Shown here piece by piece: positions 50,450 to 58,444 of a stretch of 64,000 nucleotides of DNA (positions are counted from its first letter, which is position 1; every line of letters starts with the position of its first letter). A program made the position numbers and the translations under genes. The notes under the pieces are model-generated. The model was not told the DNA's origin. It saw only the letters and a program-made list of their open reading frames with translations, and searched no databases. The stretch is from the IMG/VR virus record IMGVR_UViG_3300032030_000007, positions 1 to 64,000 of that record, one strand, 5' to 3'. Origin of the DNA: a virus (Duplodnaviria > Caudoviricetes).

Positions 50450-50515
50450 ATATAAATTATTAATTTAATTAATAATAATATTTATTCAAATAAAAATAAA
50501 TTTATTTAAGTAAAA

Positions 50516-50547
50516 TCAAATTACCAATCAAATACCAAAATAACCCC
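50516..50547 (-). repeat. Diverged duplicate of the tmRNA 5' end
   Basis: 29/32 identical to 49551-49582. Confidence 0.85.
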
Positions 50548-50612
50548 AATATATAAAGATCAATTTTAATAATTAAATATAGTTAATAATATTAATTTAA
50601 TTCAATATTGTT

Positions 50613-51287
50613 TTATATATTTTCAAATAAGTTATAATATTTCTTATTTTCTGTATTTTCAATTTCTAATATTAAGCTATCTAATGCTAATGGATTGATT
50701 AATGTATATATGTTAGTATCATAAAGTTGATTTAATCTACCAAACACTATATCGCAGCAAACAAAAGTTTCCTGTTGAAACTTTATATAATGTTCCATTG
50801 TTTCTCTATTACATATTCCATATAATTGAGCACCTGCGTATTGGCCATTTTTATTTGTATAATATCCTTTATTATTTTTGTTATATGTAAAATGATCTGA
50901 TGAATAAAATCCATATTTAACAATATCTGCATTGTTTGGATAATTGTTCAAATATGTTTTAATATAGTTTATGTCATTAATAAAAGCACAATCATCCTCC
51001 ATTATTAATACAGAATTTGCTCCAGATTCATATGCATGTATAACTGCTGTATAATGATCATATGATGCTCCAAGAAAATGTGTATAATGATTAAAATTTG
51101 ATTTATCTAAACTTGCACCAGGTAAATTAAATTCATCTAACTTAAGTATATTTAAATTACTATAATCTGCCCCATATATGAATTCAAAATTAATGCCTAA
51201 TAAATTCATTATTTTTCTGATACGATTTTGTTTTTCTATATTACGACAATAACTGATACAATATACTTTATCAAATTTAATATTCAT
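50613..51287 (-). CDS. Glycosyltransferase family 25 (third paralogue)
   Basis: FDKVYCIS, GASYDHY, VLIMEDDCAF. Confidence 0.75.
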   Translation of the reverse strand: MNIKFDKVYCISYCRNIEKQNRIRKIMNLLGINFEFIYGADYSNLNILKLDEFNLPGASLDKSNFNHYTHFLGASYDHYTAVIHAYESGANSVLIMEDDCAFINDINYIKTYLNNYPNNADIVKYGFYSSDHFTYNKNNKGYYTNKNGQYAGAQLYGICNRETMEHYIKFQQETFVCCDIVFGRLNQLYDTNIYTLINPLALDSLILEIENTENKKYYNLFENI

Positions 51288-51493
51288 TAACTTATGTATT
51301 CATATATATTTTAATAATAATTATTTACTTTTTAATGTCCTATCAATATTATTAATCATTCCTGCAAAGAATCCAAAAATTAAAGACAGACCAATATATT
51401 CTCTTGTAGACATATTGGGATTGTATATCCATAAGAAGAATATGAATATGATTGTATATATTAAAATATCTAATAAGTTATTTAAAAATTTAT

Positions 51494-51796
51494 TCATAGT
51501 TTGATTAAATTAGTTCCTTTGATAACGGTATCTTTTAATCCTTCTTTATTATTCCAATAATCATTTACAGAAAATTCATCCCAATGAATAAGATATTTCT
51601 GTACTTCAATTTTACATTTATCTCTATCATTAATGACACCAGTATATTTCTTCCAATCAATTTCATTTACTGGTTTACCTGTCTCTTTAATGATTGTTCC
51701 TTTTCTTAAGCCTGGAGACTGAACTATTGTGACTGCTGCTACAACTTTATCACCAACTTTAAGTTCATTTCCAAATGCGTCTTTCTTCCATTCCAT
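51494..51796 (-). CDS. Hypothetical protein
   Basis: KDAFGNELKVGDKV, a common phage start. Confidence 0.65.
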   Translation of the reverse strand: MEWKKDAFGNELKVGDKVVAAVTIVQSPGLRKGTIIKETGKPVNEIDWKKYTGVINDRDKCKIEVQKYLIHWDEFSVNDYWNNKEGLKDTVIKGTNLIKL

Positions 51797-51798
51797 AA

Positions 51799-52158
51799 TT
51801 ACATACTAAATAGAAAATTTTCCTGTTCTAATTTAATTCTTTTCCATTCATTATTATCTACGATTTTCTTACAAGATATGCAATCTTTATATTCATCTGT
51901 AAACTTAATCATAGAAAATGCTGAATCTGTACAAGCTTTCCATTCTCCATACGGAATTGATCCTTGTAATCCATCTGCGTTCAAATAAAATTCATCTACA
52001 ACAATATTGTTCTCTTTACAGAATGCAATAACTTTATTAACAAGCTCAGCATGAAGAGATCTGAATTTATTAGTGATCTCCTCATCCTGACAAATCTGTA
52101 AAGGAAATTTCTTAGTCTTCGAATCCTCCATTTCGTTCATTAGATGTATTTCGTTCAT
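51799..52158 (-). CDS. Hypothetical protein
   Basis: ORF. Confidence 0.6.
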   Translation of the reverse strand: MNEIHLMNEMEDSKTKKFPLQICQDEEITNKFRSLHAELVNKVIAFCKENNIVVDEFYLNADGLQGSIPYGEWKACTDSAFSMIKFTDEYKDCISCKKIVDNNEWKRIKLEQENFLFSM

Positions 52159-52798
52159 TTATAATCTTATAATAATAATCTCTAATATCATCAAACATCT
52201 GACTCCATGTTGGAATATTAACTGAATAATGATTTTTTATAGCATATTGATAGTTTTTATTATTTCTATACATTTCAATAGCTTTCATAGTATCTTCATA
52301 TTCCTGTAGATCATTATATCCAATGAAATTACAAAAAATTCTAAAATGATTGATTCTCATTTCTCTGGCTTTAATTTTATTTTCGTATCCTTCAACAATA
52401 TCATTTAGATCATCAAACCCTTCCATTACTAATGTCAAACCAAAACCAACAACCCCATATATGCATAAAATAACAAATATGAAAATAAACCATACATTTG
52501 TAACATAATAAGCATTATATTCAATAAGTTTATTATAAGCCTTTCCATTATCTTTGAATTCCTCATTCTTAACAGTAACAGTTTTTCCGTTATCTGTTAA
52601 ATATGTAATGTCATAAAAATAATGATAATGGTTATTTTCTTTATTACAAACTTCTTTATGAACCAATGTCTTATGAATTACTTCGCCTTCCTTTGAAATA
52701 AAATCAGGTGGAATATTTACAAAGATATTAGCAATAAGCCAAACTATTATTACTAAAAATGTTATTACTGAACTTCTACTAAAATAATATCCCCACAT
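52112..52798 (-). CDS. Membrane protein (2 TM)
   Basis: Hydrophobic segments. Confidence 0.65.
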   Translation of the reverse strand: MWGYYFSRSSVITFLVIIVWLIANIFVNIPPDFISKEGEVIHKTLVHKEVCNKENNHYHYFYDITYLTDNGKTVTVKNEEFKDNGKAYNKLIEYNAYYVTNVWFIFIFVILCIYGVVGFGLTLVMEGFDDLNDIVEGYENKIKAREMRINHFRIFCNFIGYNDLQEYEDTMKAIEMYRNNKNYQYAIKNHYSVNIPTWSQMFDDIRDYYYKIINERNTSNERNGGFED

Positions 52799-52822
52799 AT
52801 ATATTTATTCTTTGGTTGTATA

Positions 52823-53335
52823 TTATTTAATGATTCCCTTTGTGTACTCAAGAATATAATTGATAGCTCCATACTCAGGATTGATAATACCCATAAGCAT
52901 TGCATCATAATCTACACTAAATACTGTGCATATGCCAATAATCATTAAGATCAATGGTACAACAACTGCATATGTAATGGCTTGCATATTCTTTGTATAC
53001 TTCCTCCAATTCCATAGCCCAATAAAGAACAAGATGACACCGCCAATCATAATGCAGCATTCCTTTACACCGATAACGAAATACTTCTTAACCAATACTC
53101 CATATACATGCTCAGCAGCTACTCCAATTGCTTTACCAATGGAAACAATAGCAGACTTAACATCAGGATAGATACTTGAAGCACCAGCCTTAGCATCATT
53201 ATAGACTGTACTTACAACAGCTTTACCATCATGATAAACAGAATCAACACTATTAGTCAATACATCACCAACTCCTGCATATGATACACAGGTAAATGCA
53301 AATAGCATTACAAATAAAATCAAAAATTTCTTCAT
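52823..53335 (-). CDS. Membrane protein with signal peptide
   Basis: Signal peptide, two TM helices, INPEYGAI. Confidence 0.7.
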   Translation of the reverse strand: MKKFLILFVMLFAFTCVSYAGVGDVLTNSVDSVYHDGKAVVSTVYNDAKAGASSIYPDVKSAIVSIGKAIGVAAEHVYGVLVKKYFVIGVKECCIMIGGVILFFIGLWNWRKYTKNMQAITYAVVVPLILMIIGICTVFSVDYDAMLMGIINPEYGAINYILEYTKGIIK

Positions 53336-53341
53336 AAATTA

Positions 53342-53530
53342 TTACTTTTTATTAATATCTTTTAAACACGATACTACACAAATTGATGTAAAAAATGAAA
53401 AACAATAAACTGACAAATTAGCAGCTATACTTTTCTGAATATCCATTTCTGGGAAAGCATAATCCCATAAGATAATTCCAAATAATGAAACTATTCCTAA
53501 GAATACATAAGTAAACAAATTTTTATTCAT
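53342..53530 (-). CDS. Small membrane protein
   Basis: Hydrophobic ORF. Confidence 0.55.
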   Translation of the reverse strand: MNKNLFTYVFLGIVSLFGIILWDYAFPEMDIQKSIAANLSVYCFSFFTSICVVSCLKDINKK

Positions 53531-53763
53531 ACAATTAAATTCTTTTGATAAACCCAATATTCAATTTTATATTTATATTGCAAATTCCGCCAATCAGATT
53601 TTTCTACATATTCAGGTTCTCCATTGATAACAGAACCTATCATTCGTCCTATAGTATTTTTAAATACGATTAACTTCTTATTTTTTGTTAAAGCTAAAAC
53701 AGGTTCATTCCAATCTTCAGGAATATCGTATGCATCATTCCAAATAAATTCTACTTTATTCAT
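53527..53763 (-). CDS. Hypothetical protein
   Basis: ORF. Confidence 0.6.
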   Translation of the reverse strand: MNKVEFIWNDAYDIPEDWNEPVLALTKNKKLIVFKNTIGRMIGSVINGEPEYVEKSDWRNLQYKYKIEYWVYQKNLIV

Positions 53764-54008
53764 AGTGTTGCAATTTCATTATCAATTTCTTTAATCTTTT
53801 CAATAGCCCAAATCTTTACATAATCATTAAATTCATTCTGTAAATCTTCAAACTCATGGAATGTTAAATGAAGCATTTCGCCAAAGATATCTGAATAATA
53901 AATAACTCCTGCATTACCTCCTGTATTAGTAAAACGATTTAAAAATTTTTCAATATTTTCGCGTTTATCACGAAGCAATACAATTCTTTCGAACTTTTTC
54001 CTATCCAT
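53760..54008 (-). CDS. Hypothetical protein
   Basis: ORF. Confidence 0.6.
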   Translation of the reverse strand: MDRKKFERIVLLRDKRENIEKFLNRFTNTGGNAGVIYYSDIFGEMLHLTFHEFEDLQNEFNDYVKIWAIEKIKEIDNEIATL

Positions 54009-54010
54009 AA

Positions 54011-54448
54011 TTAATAAATTTTATCATCCTTTATCCAATCATAAATCATTTTCCAATCAATATCAGGATCAAATCCAAACTTATCATCAAATCCAACATT
54101 AAAATAAAATTTCTCTGAAAGATCTAATGATACAGGATCTGTCTCCAGTCTTGATACTTCAGGATTTTCATTTGCATAATCAAAATGAATACCATTTTTT
54201 TCAAAAACATTCAAATACTTATCAATATATTCTTTTGTTGAACTAGTCCAAAGAATCAATTTGACACCAGGAGCTTTTGAAAACTGAACAAGAACTTCTT
54301 TAGCATAAGGATAGAACTCAAACTTTTCCTCTTTAAGATATGATGGCTTAAATACAGTTCCATGTACATCTACAAGAAGATAAATGTAATCCCACTTCTT
54401 TTCAAGAGCTCGAACTATTGCATTTTTGATAGCTTTTATAATACTCAT
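54011..54448 (-). CDS. HAD-like hydrolase
   Basis: VDVHGTV, LILWTS, NENPE, FDDK.GF. Confidence 0.7.
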   Translation of the reverse strand: MSIIKAIKNAIVRALEKKWDYIYLLVDVHGTVFKPSYLKEEKFEFYPYAKEVLVQFSKAPGVKLILWTSSTKEYIDKYLNVFEKNGIHFDYANENPEVSRLETDPVSLDLSEKFYFNVGFDDKFGFDPDIDWKMIYDWIKDDKIY

Positions 54449-54816
54449 GATCTATTATATCTATTCTTATTAATAAATTTAATAAATGCATTTAAAGCAT
54501 CATTATAATTATCAAATCCATATATCTTTTCAATATATGATGTATCGTATCCTTCAAAAGTTACCTTTTTATAATCAACAGGACAAATTCTATAACAACG
54601 ATCTAAATAATCTGCATAACGGCGAATGTAATATTTATCTTTATATAAAGAAATTACAAAATACTCGTGCGCAATTGTAAAATGCTTATCTGCATTAGGA
54701 TTTGAAATCTTAATATTTCCTTTAGATGTCAAAGATACTTCCCATCCTTTTCCAAGGTCATTCTTAATTCTATTATTAATATATACCAATGTAATATTAC
54801 CAAAATTTGTTTTCAT
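54445..54816 (-). CDS. Hypothetical protein
   Basis: ORF. Confidence 0.6.
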   Translation of the reverse strand: MKTNFGNITLVYINNRIKNDLGKGWEVSLTSKGNIKISNPNADKHFTIAHEYFVISLYKDKYYIRRYADYLDRCYRICPVDYKKVTFEGYDTSYIEKIYGFDNYNDALNAFIKFINKNRYNRS

Positions 54817-54994
54817 ATATTTAATCTTTTATAATATTCCACTCTTTATTACGTAAATATATATCACCTATAAGATATTGTATATTAAAATATTTTTTAT
54901 CAATAATTATATATTCATCACCTTCTGAAATTTCAGGAACAATAATCTTAATTAAAGGATTCTTTTTATTTATAAGTGTTATCATATTTATAAA

Positions 54995-55405
54995 TTAAAA
55001 ACTTGGATCTCTGTATGATTCTGCATGACCAATATGAATTCCACCACAGTCCCAAAGACCGCGACCTTCCTCAACCCAACGATGATTCTTTCGTAATGTA
55101 TACTTACGAGGAACATTATGTGACTTATAACCAAACTTATCAGGAACGAACTTTTCATATTCCTTCAGAAGATTTTCAGGAAGAATATCTAAACCATTCT
55201 CATTAGTAACAAATTTATCCTCATGAGAATTAAGAACATGAGCAATCATAATAGCCTTAGGAGAAAGAACCTCAGTTACGACCATTGCATAACTATCAGA
55301 ACCAATGAAATATGTAGCGCCCATGCCAGGAACAATACCTGAAGTTTCTGACTTCTTAACGTTCATTACTTCATTTACTGTGTAATAAGGAATTGAATTT
55401 GCCAT
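54995..55405 (-). CDS. Conserved phage hypothetical protein
   Basis: GMGATYFIGSDSY...IGHAESYRDPSF; follows the promoter at 55435-55462. Confidence 0.7.
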   Translation of the reverse strand: MANSIPYYTVNEVMNVKKSETSGIVPGMGATYFIGSDSYAMVVTEVLSPKAIMIAHVLNSHEDKFVTNENGLDILPENLLKEYEKFVPDKFGYKSHNVPRKYTLRKNHRWVEEGRGLWDCGGIHIGHAESYRDPSF

Positions 55406-55506
55406 ATCTTTATATTTTATTTGTTTGATAATTTAATATAGATCATTATCAAAAAAATTCAAATATAATAAAAAAATGGAACTATAAATTAATCTAATTC
55501 TATTTG

Positions 55507-55577
55507 TAATCCCAATAGGAATCAAACCTATACCTATTCTTTAGGGGAGAATTATGCATTCATTACACCATAGGATC
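55507..55577 (-). tRNA. tRNA-Arg(CCT), somewhat degenerate
   Basis: GATCCTA/TGGGATT acceptor; ATTCT-CCCCTAA-AGAAT; T loop TTTGATT; C33 instead of U33. Confidence 0.65.
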
Positions 55578-55947
55578 ATACATCACCTCTTAATTTCAAT
55601 GTATTATATAACTCTTCGATATGATCAAATAAAGTTTTGTAATATCTTCCATAAGTAGTTTTCCAAAACCCATCTTTATCATATTCGTATCTTGTTATAT
55701 ATTCATAAAGATTTTCTCCTTTATTCAACAAATCATAATAATACTTAATATCTTTTATAGTCCAATATAGCATATCATAATTTCCGTGTTCTATTGGACG
55801 ATCCCACCCTTCAGTATGAAATAACAAAATATGTAAAGCATTTCTATATTTGTAAATACCACCACGTTGAATACCAAATTTTTTGCAATTACGATTTTTT
55901 GGTATTTTATTCCAACCAAATTTTCGTTTGTCTTTTAATGCTTTCAT
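55576..55947 (-). CDS. Hypothetical protein inside the tRNA array
   Basis: ORF. Confidence 0.6.
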   Translation of the reverse strand: MKALKDKRKFGWNKIPKNRNCKKFGIQRGGIYKYRNALHILLFHTEGWDRPIEHGNYDMLYWTIKDIKYYYDLLNKGENLYEYITRYEYDKDGFWKTTYGRYYKTLFDHIEELYNTLKLRGDV

Positions 55948-55971
55948 AAATTGAATATTTAAATATTTACG

Positions 55972-56054
55972 AGCTTATACTGAGAATCGAACTCAGATCT
56001 CCACCCAAGATGGTGTTCTCCATCGTCTGTGATTTACCATTAAACTATATAAGC
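55972..56054 (-). ncRNA. tRNA-like RNA with elongated non-canonical anticodon arm
   Basis: GCTTATA/TATAAGC acceptor, D and T arms intact; GATGG-AGAACA-CCATC in place of a normal anticodon arm. Confidence 0.7.
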
Positions 56055-56059
56055 ATATG

Positions 56060-56241
56060 TAGGGATGATGGGATTCGAACCCACGCTATGTTTAAGGTGG
56101 TACATAAAACGCGCTTCCTTACTCGAGTTTCACCTCTTTTCAGTGCTTCCGCAAACTTAACTCCTGGATTTCTCCTTCAAGACATTTTCCACCACGACAC
56201 TCGTTTTATCGCGCTCTGTCCAAGTTCTGAGCTACATCCCT
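56060..56241 (-). ncRNA. 182-nt tRNA-like RNA with ~105-nt insertion replacing the anticodon loop
   Basis: AGGGATG/CATCCCT-A, GCTC..GAGC D arm, GTGGG-TTCGAAT-CCCAT; insertion closed by ATAAAACG/CGTTTTAT. Confidence 0.75.
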
Positions 56242-56250
56242 ATATATAAG

Positions 56251-56326
56251 TGACCGCAGAGGGATTCGAACCCCCGACTTCTTCGTTCGTAGCGAAGTGC
56301 TCTAAAATCCACTGAACTATGCGGCC
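56251..56326 (-). tRNA. tRNA-Arg(ACG)
   Basis: Full cloverleaf; CTTCG-CTACGAA-CGAAG. Confidence 0.92.
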
Positions 56327-56333
56327 AATAATG

Positions 56334-56408
56334 TACTCCGGATGGGACTCCAACCCATGACCTGAATATTAGAAGTATCCTGCTCTATTGCAACTGAGCT
56401 ACCGGAGC
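56334..56408 (-). tRNA. tRNA-Arg(TCT)
   Basis: Full cloverleaf; GGATA-CTTCTAA-TATTC. Confidence 0.88.
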
Positions 56409-56415
56409 ATAATTG

Positions 56416-56491
56416 TGACCCTGGAGGGATTCGAACCCCCAACCTGAAGGGTAGAAGCCAACTGTTCTAAATTCCGTTGAACTACAGGGCC
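56416..56491 (-). tRNA. tRNA-Arg(TCT), anticodon stem with two U.U mismatches
   Basis: GTTGG-CTTCTAC-CCTTC; intact acceptor, D and T arms. Confidence 0.8.
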
Positions 56492-56635
56492 AAATGCGGC
56501 TACGCAATTTATTTTTACAAGGAGCCGTAACCTATCTCCTCAACCTTTATCCTTTGGCATCTGCAATTGCATTGTACACTACAATATACAAATAAAGCTT
56601 TAATTGAGAACCTTGCAAGTAACCTAATCAAGCAT

Positions 56636-56698
56636 TCAGTGGATTCGAACCAGCATCCCCTCTAACGGGAGGTATTTTACCCTTAAACTATCGTAGTC
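56636..56698 (-). pseudogene. tRNA core remnant lacking the adjacent 3' acceptor strand
   Basis: TAGTTTAAGGGTAAAA, CCTC-CCGTTA-GAGG, TGG-TTCGAAT-CCA. Confidence 0.5.
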
Positions 56699-56718
56699 TT
56701 TTTCGGCATCCTCAATTG

Positions 56719-56790
56719 TACCCCCGGTAGGATTCGAACCCACATCTTATGATCCGTAGTCACACGTTCTTTCCTTTGAACTACGGGGGT
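56719..56790 (-). tRNA. tRNA-Arg(ACG)
   Basis: Full cloverleaf; TGTGA-CTACGGA-TCATA. Confidence 0.92.
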
Positions 56791-56894
56791 ATATATACAT
56801 ACTCATCTATATAATGATCACTCTATAGAATTTTACAGTTGGCCATCTCACAGTCCGCATATATAATTTATATAACTCGTATATTTTATGATTG

Positions 56895-56968
56895 CACCTG
56901 CATCCTCATTGAAATTACTGCCACTCCTGACAGAAGGGATTCGAACCCATATCCTCCTAACTTGTAGT
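56895..56968 (-). ncRNA. Circularly permuted tRNA-like element (YrlA Y-RNA-like order)
   Basis: T arm GGG-TTCGAAT-CCC, then closed hairpin CTGTCA-GGAG-TGGCAG, then TA plus a D-like arm. Confidence 0.4.
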
Positions 56969-56980
56969 ATGTATTATATA

Positions 56981-57583
56981 TTAAAATCCAATTCTAACTG
57001 ATTTAAATTCTTCTTCAGTTGTTAATTCTTTATAAGTTCCATTTCCATATTCAATATAACCAAAGTTCTTATACAAATTATCTTTTACATCATCGTTATA
57101 CCATTCATACATATCTTTCAGAGGTGGCATTTCCAATAGATGCTTAAGATTATGTTTTTGAATACACCAGCCATCATATATTAACTTTGTATAAATATTT
57201 AATTTCCATTTTTCATTTGACATAAACCATGCAGATTTTGGCCAATTCCCGTTAACATACATATCGTACATTGAATCTAAGCGTTTTAAATAAATCCAAA
57301 AACGACAGAATAGCCAATGACATAATTCTTCTCTAACTTTTGCTGACCAATAATCTTTATCTCCAGGTCCTACACCAATAATAAATGTTGGATTAGATTG
57401 TGTATATGTTGATCTACTAGATATAAATACTCCACATGCATATTCTTGTTTTTCAATCCATGCCCATATATGTCTATTACCACCATTCTTATTGCCATCA
57501 ATACGAAGTTTCTTAATCTTTATATTTGCTTCCTTCATAAATGGAAGGTTATTTATCTGTTCAATTACTTGTTCCTTTGTCAT
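56981..57583 (-). CDS. Hypothetical protein
   Basis: ORF. Confidence 0.7.
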   Translation of the reverse strand: MTKEQVIEQINNLPFMKEANIKIKKLRIDGNKNGGNRHIWAWIEKQEYACGVFISSRSTYTQSNPTFIIGVGPGDKDYWSAKVREELCHWLFCRFWIYLKRLDSMYDMYVNGNWPKSAWFMSNEKWKLNIYTKLIYDGWCIQKHNLKHLLEMPPLKDMYEWYNDDVKDNLYKNFGYIEYGNGTYKELTTEEEFKSVRIGF

Positions 57584-57697
57584 AATCTCTTTATTTTATT
57601 CATTTGAAATTACAACTTGAAATTTTTCCAAGAGGCCACCACCTAATTTATAATTTCAGGAAACTTTTACTTACGATACTTATCTGGTCCCATATCT

Positions 57698-57931
57698 TTA
57701 TGCAATTATTTCAATAAACTCATAAGAATCATCAGACTCATCAAATGTTCCACAATTATTATACTGTTCAATATATGCATTCTTTACATATACTGTATCA
57801 TCCTGACCGTAACAATCTTGTTCCATATATCCTTTCACATGAACTTCAACTGACATATTATCATTTAGTCCATTATTTGAAAGTTCCTCGAGTCTATTAA
57901 TAAACTCACGTAATGTCATCCAATCTTTCAT
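57698..57931 (-). CDS. Hypothetical acidic protein
   Basis: ORF. Confidence 0.6.
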   Translation of the reverse strand: MKDWMTLREFINRLEELSNNGLNDNMSVEVHVKGYMEQDCYGQDDTVYVKNAYIEQYNNCGTFDESDDSYEFIEIIA

Positions 57932-57934
57932 AAT

Positions 57935-58159
57935 CTAAAATAAAATATCAAATAAATCGTAACCTAACTCATACTCATCATCATAAGCAGATATTTGAAG
58001 TTTTGCTTTCAGTTTCTCCTCATTGTCATAAATCTCAATATATCTTCCATTATCACCAAGATGACAGAAAATAATACCAAAACCAAAAATAAACTGATTA
58101 CCTGGTTGGAGATTCAAAACTTCTCTTAACTTACTTAATGTATCTGAACTAAAACTCAT
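57935..58159 (-). CDS. Hypothetical protein
   Basis: ORF, TAG stop. Confidence 0.6.
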   Translation of the reverse strand: MSFSSDTLSKLREVLNLQPGNQFIFGFGIIFCHLGDNGRYIEIYDNEEKLKAKLQISAYDDEYELGYDLFDILF

Positions 58160-58222
58160 ATTTTATATAATTTAAATATTATATAAATAATATAGATTAC
58201 TTTATAAAAAATTCAATAAATC

Positions 58223-58309
58223 AAAGAACAAAAATAGCAGAAATTCGTATGTGAACTCCTGCTATTCAAATATGCATTACTGTTTAGTTTATATCTTTAA
58301 GTTCACATA
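58223..58309 (-). promoter_or_regulatory. Transcription attenuator: antiterminator/terminator pair
   Basis: Terminator 14-bp stem 58266-58253/58246-58233 plus U-tract; alternative 10-bp helix TATGTGAACT (58309-58300) with AGTTCACATA (58257-58248). Confidence 0.8.
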
Positions 58310-58374
58310 ACAATTTTGTAGAATCGTCTAACTCTACGTCTATTGTCTATATTTATGTAAACTATGTTTTTCAT
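58303..58374 (-). CDS. Arg-rich attenuator leader peptide MKNIVYINIDNRRRVRRFYKIVM
   Basis: Codons AGA CGT AGA GTT AGA CGA; the stop codon lies within the antiterminator arm. Confidence 0.8.
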   Translation of the reverse strand: MKNIVYINIDNRRRVRRFYKIVM

Positions 58375-58444
58375 ATTTAATTTGTATTTGTTTATATTTA
58401 GTCTAAATTTATAATTTATAATAAAACTTTAAATATTTGTATAT

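Noticed and set aside
49583-50515. Group I intron housing the GIY-YIG gene
   Set aside because: The ORF stop abuts the tmRNA and the upstream flank is ~65 nt of nearly pure A/T, leaving no room for a ribozyme core
55507-55577. Amber suppressor tRNA (loop contains CTA)
   Set aside because: The 7-nt loop CCCCTAA centres on CCT; reading CTA would break the anticodon stem register
56118-56150. Hammerhead ribozyme core in the tRNA-like insert
   Set aside because: CTGAAAA and GAGT deviate from the required CUGANGA and GAAA, and stems I/III are absent
56010-56249. 79-aa + strand ORF
   Set aside because: Antisense to tRNA-like RNAs; no coding signals
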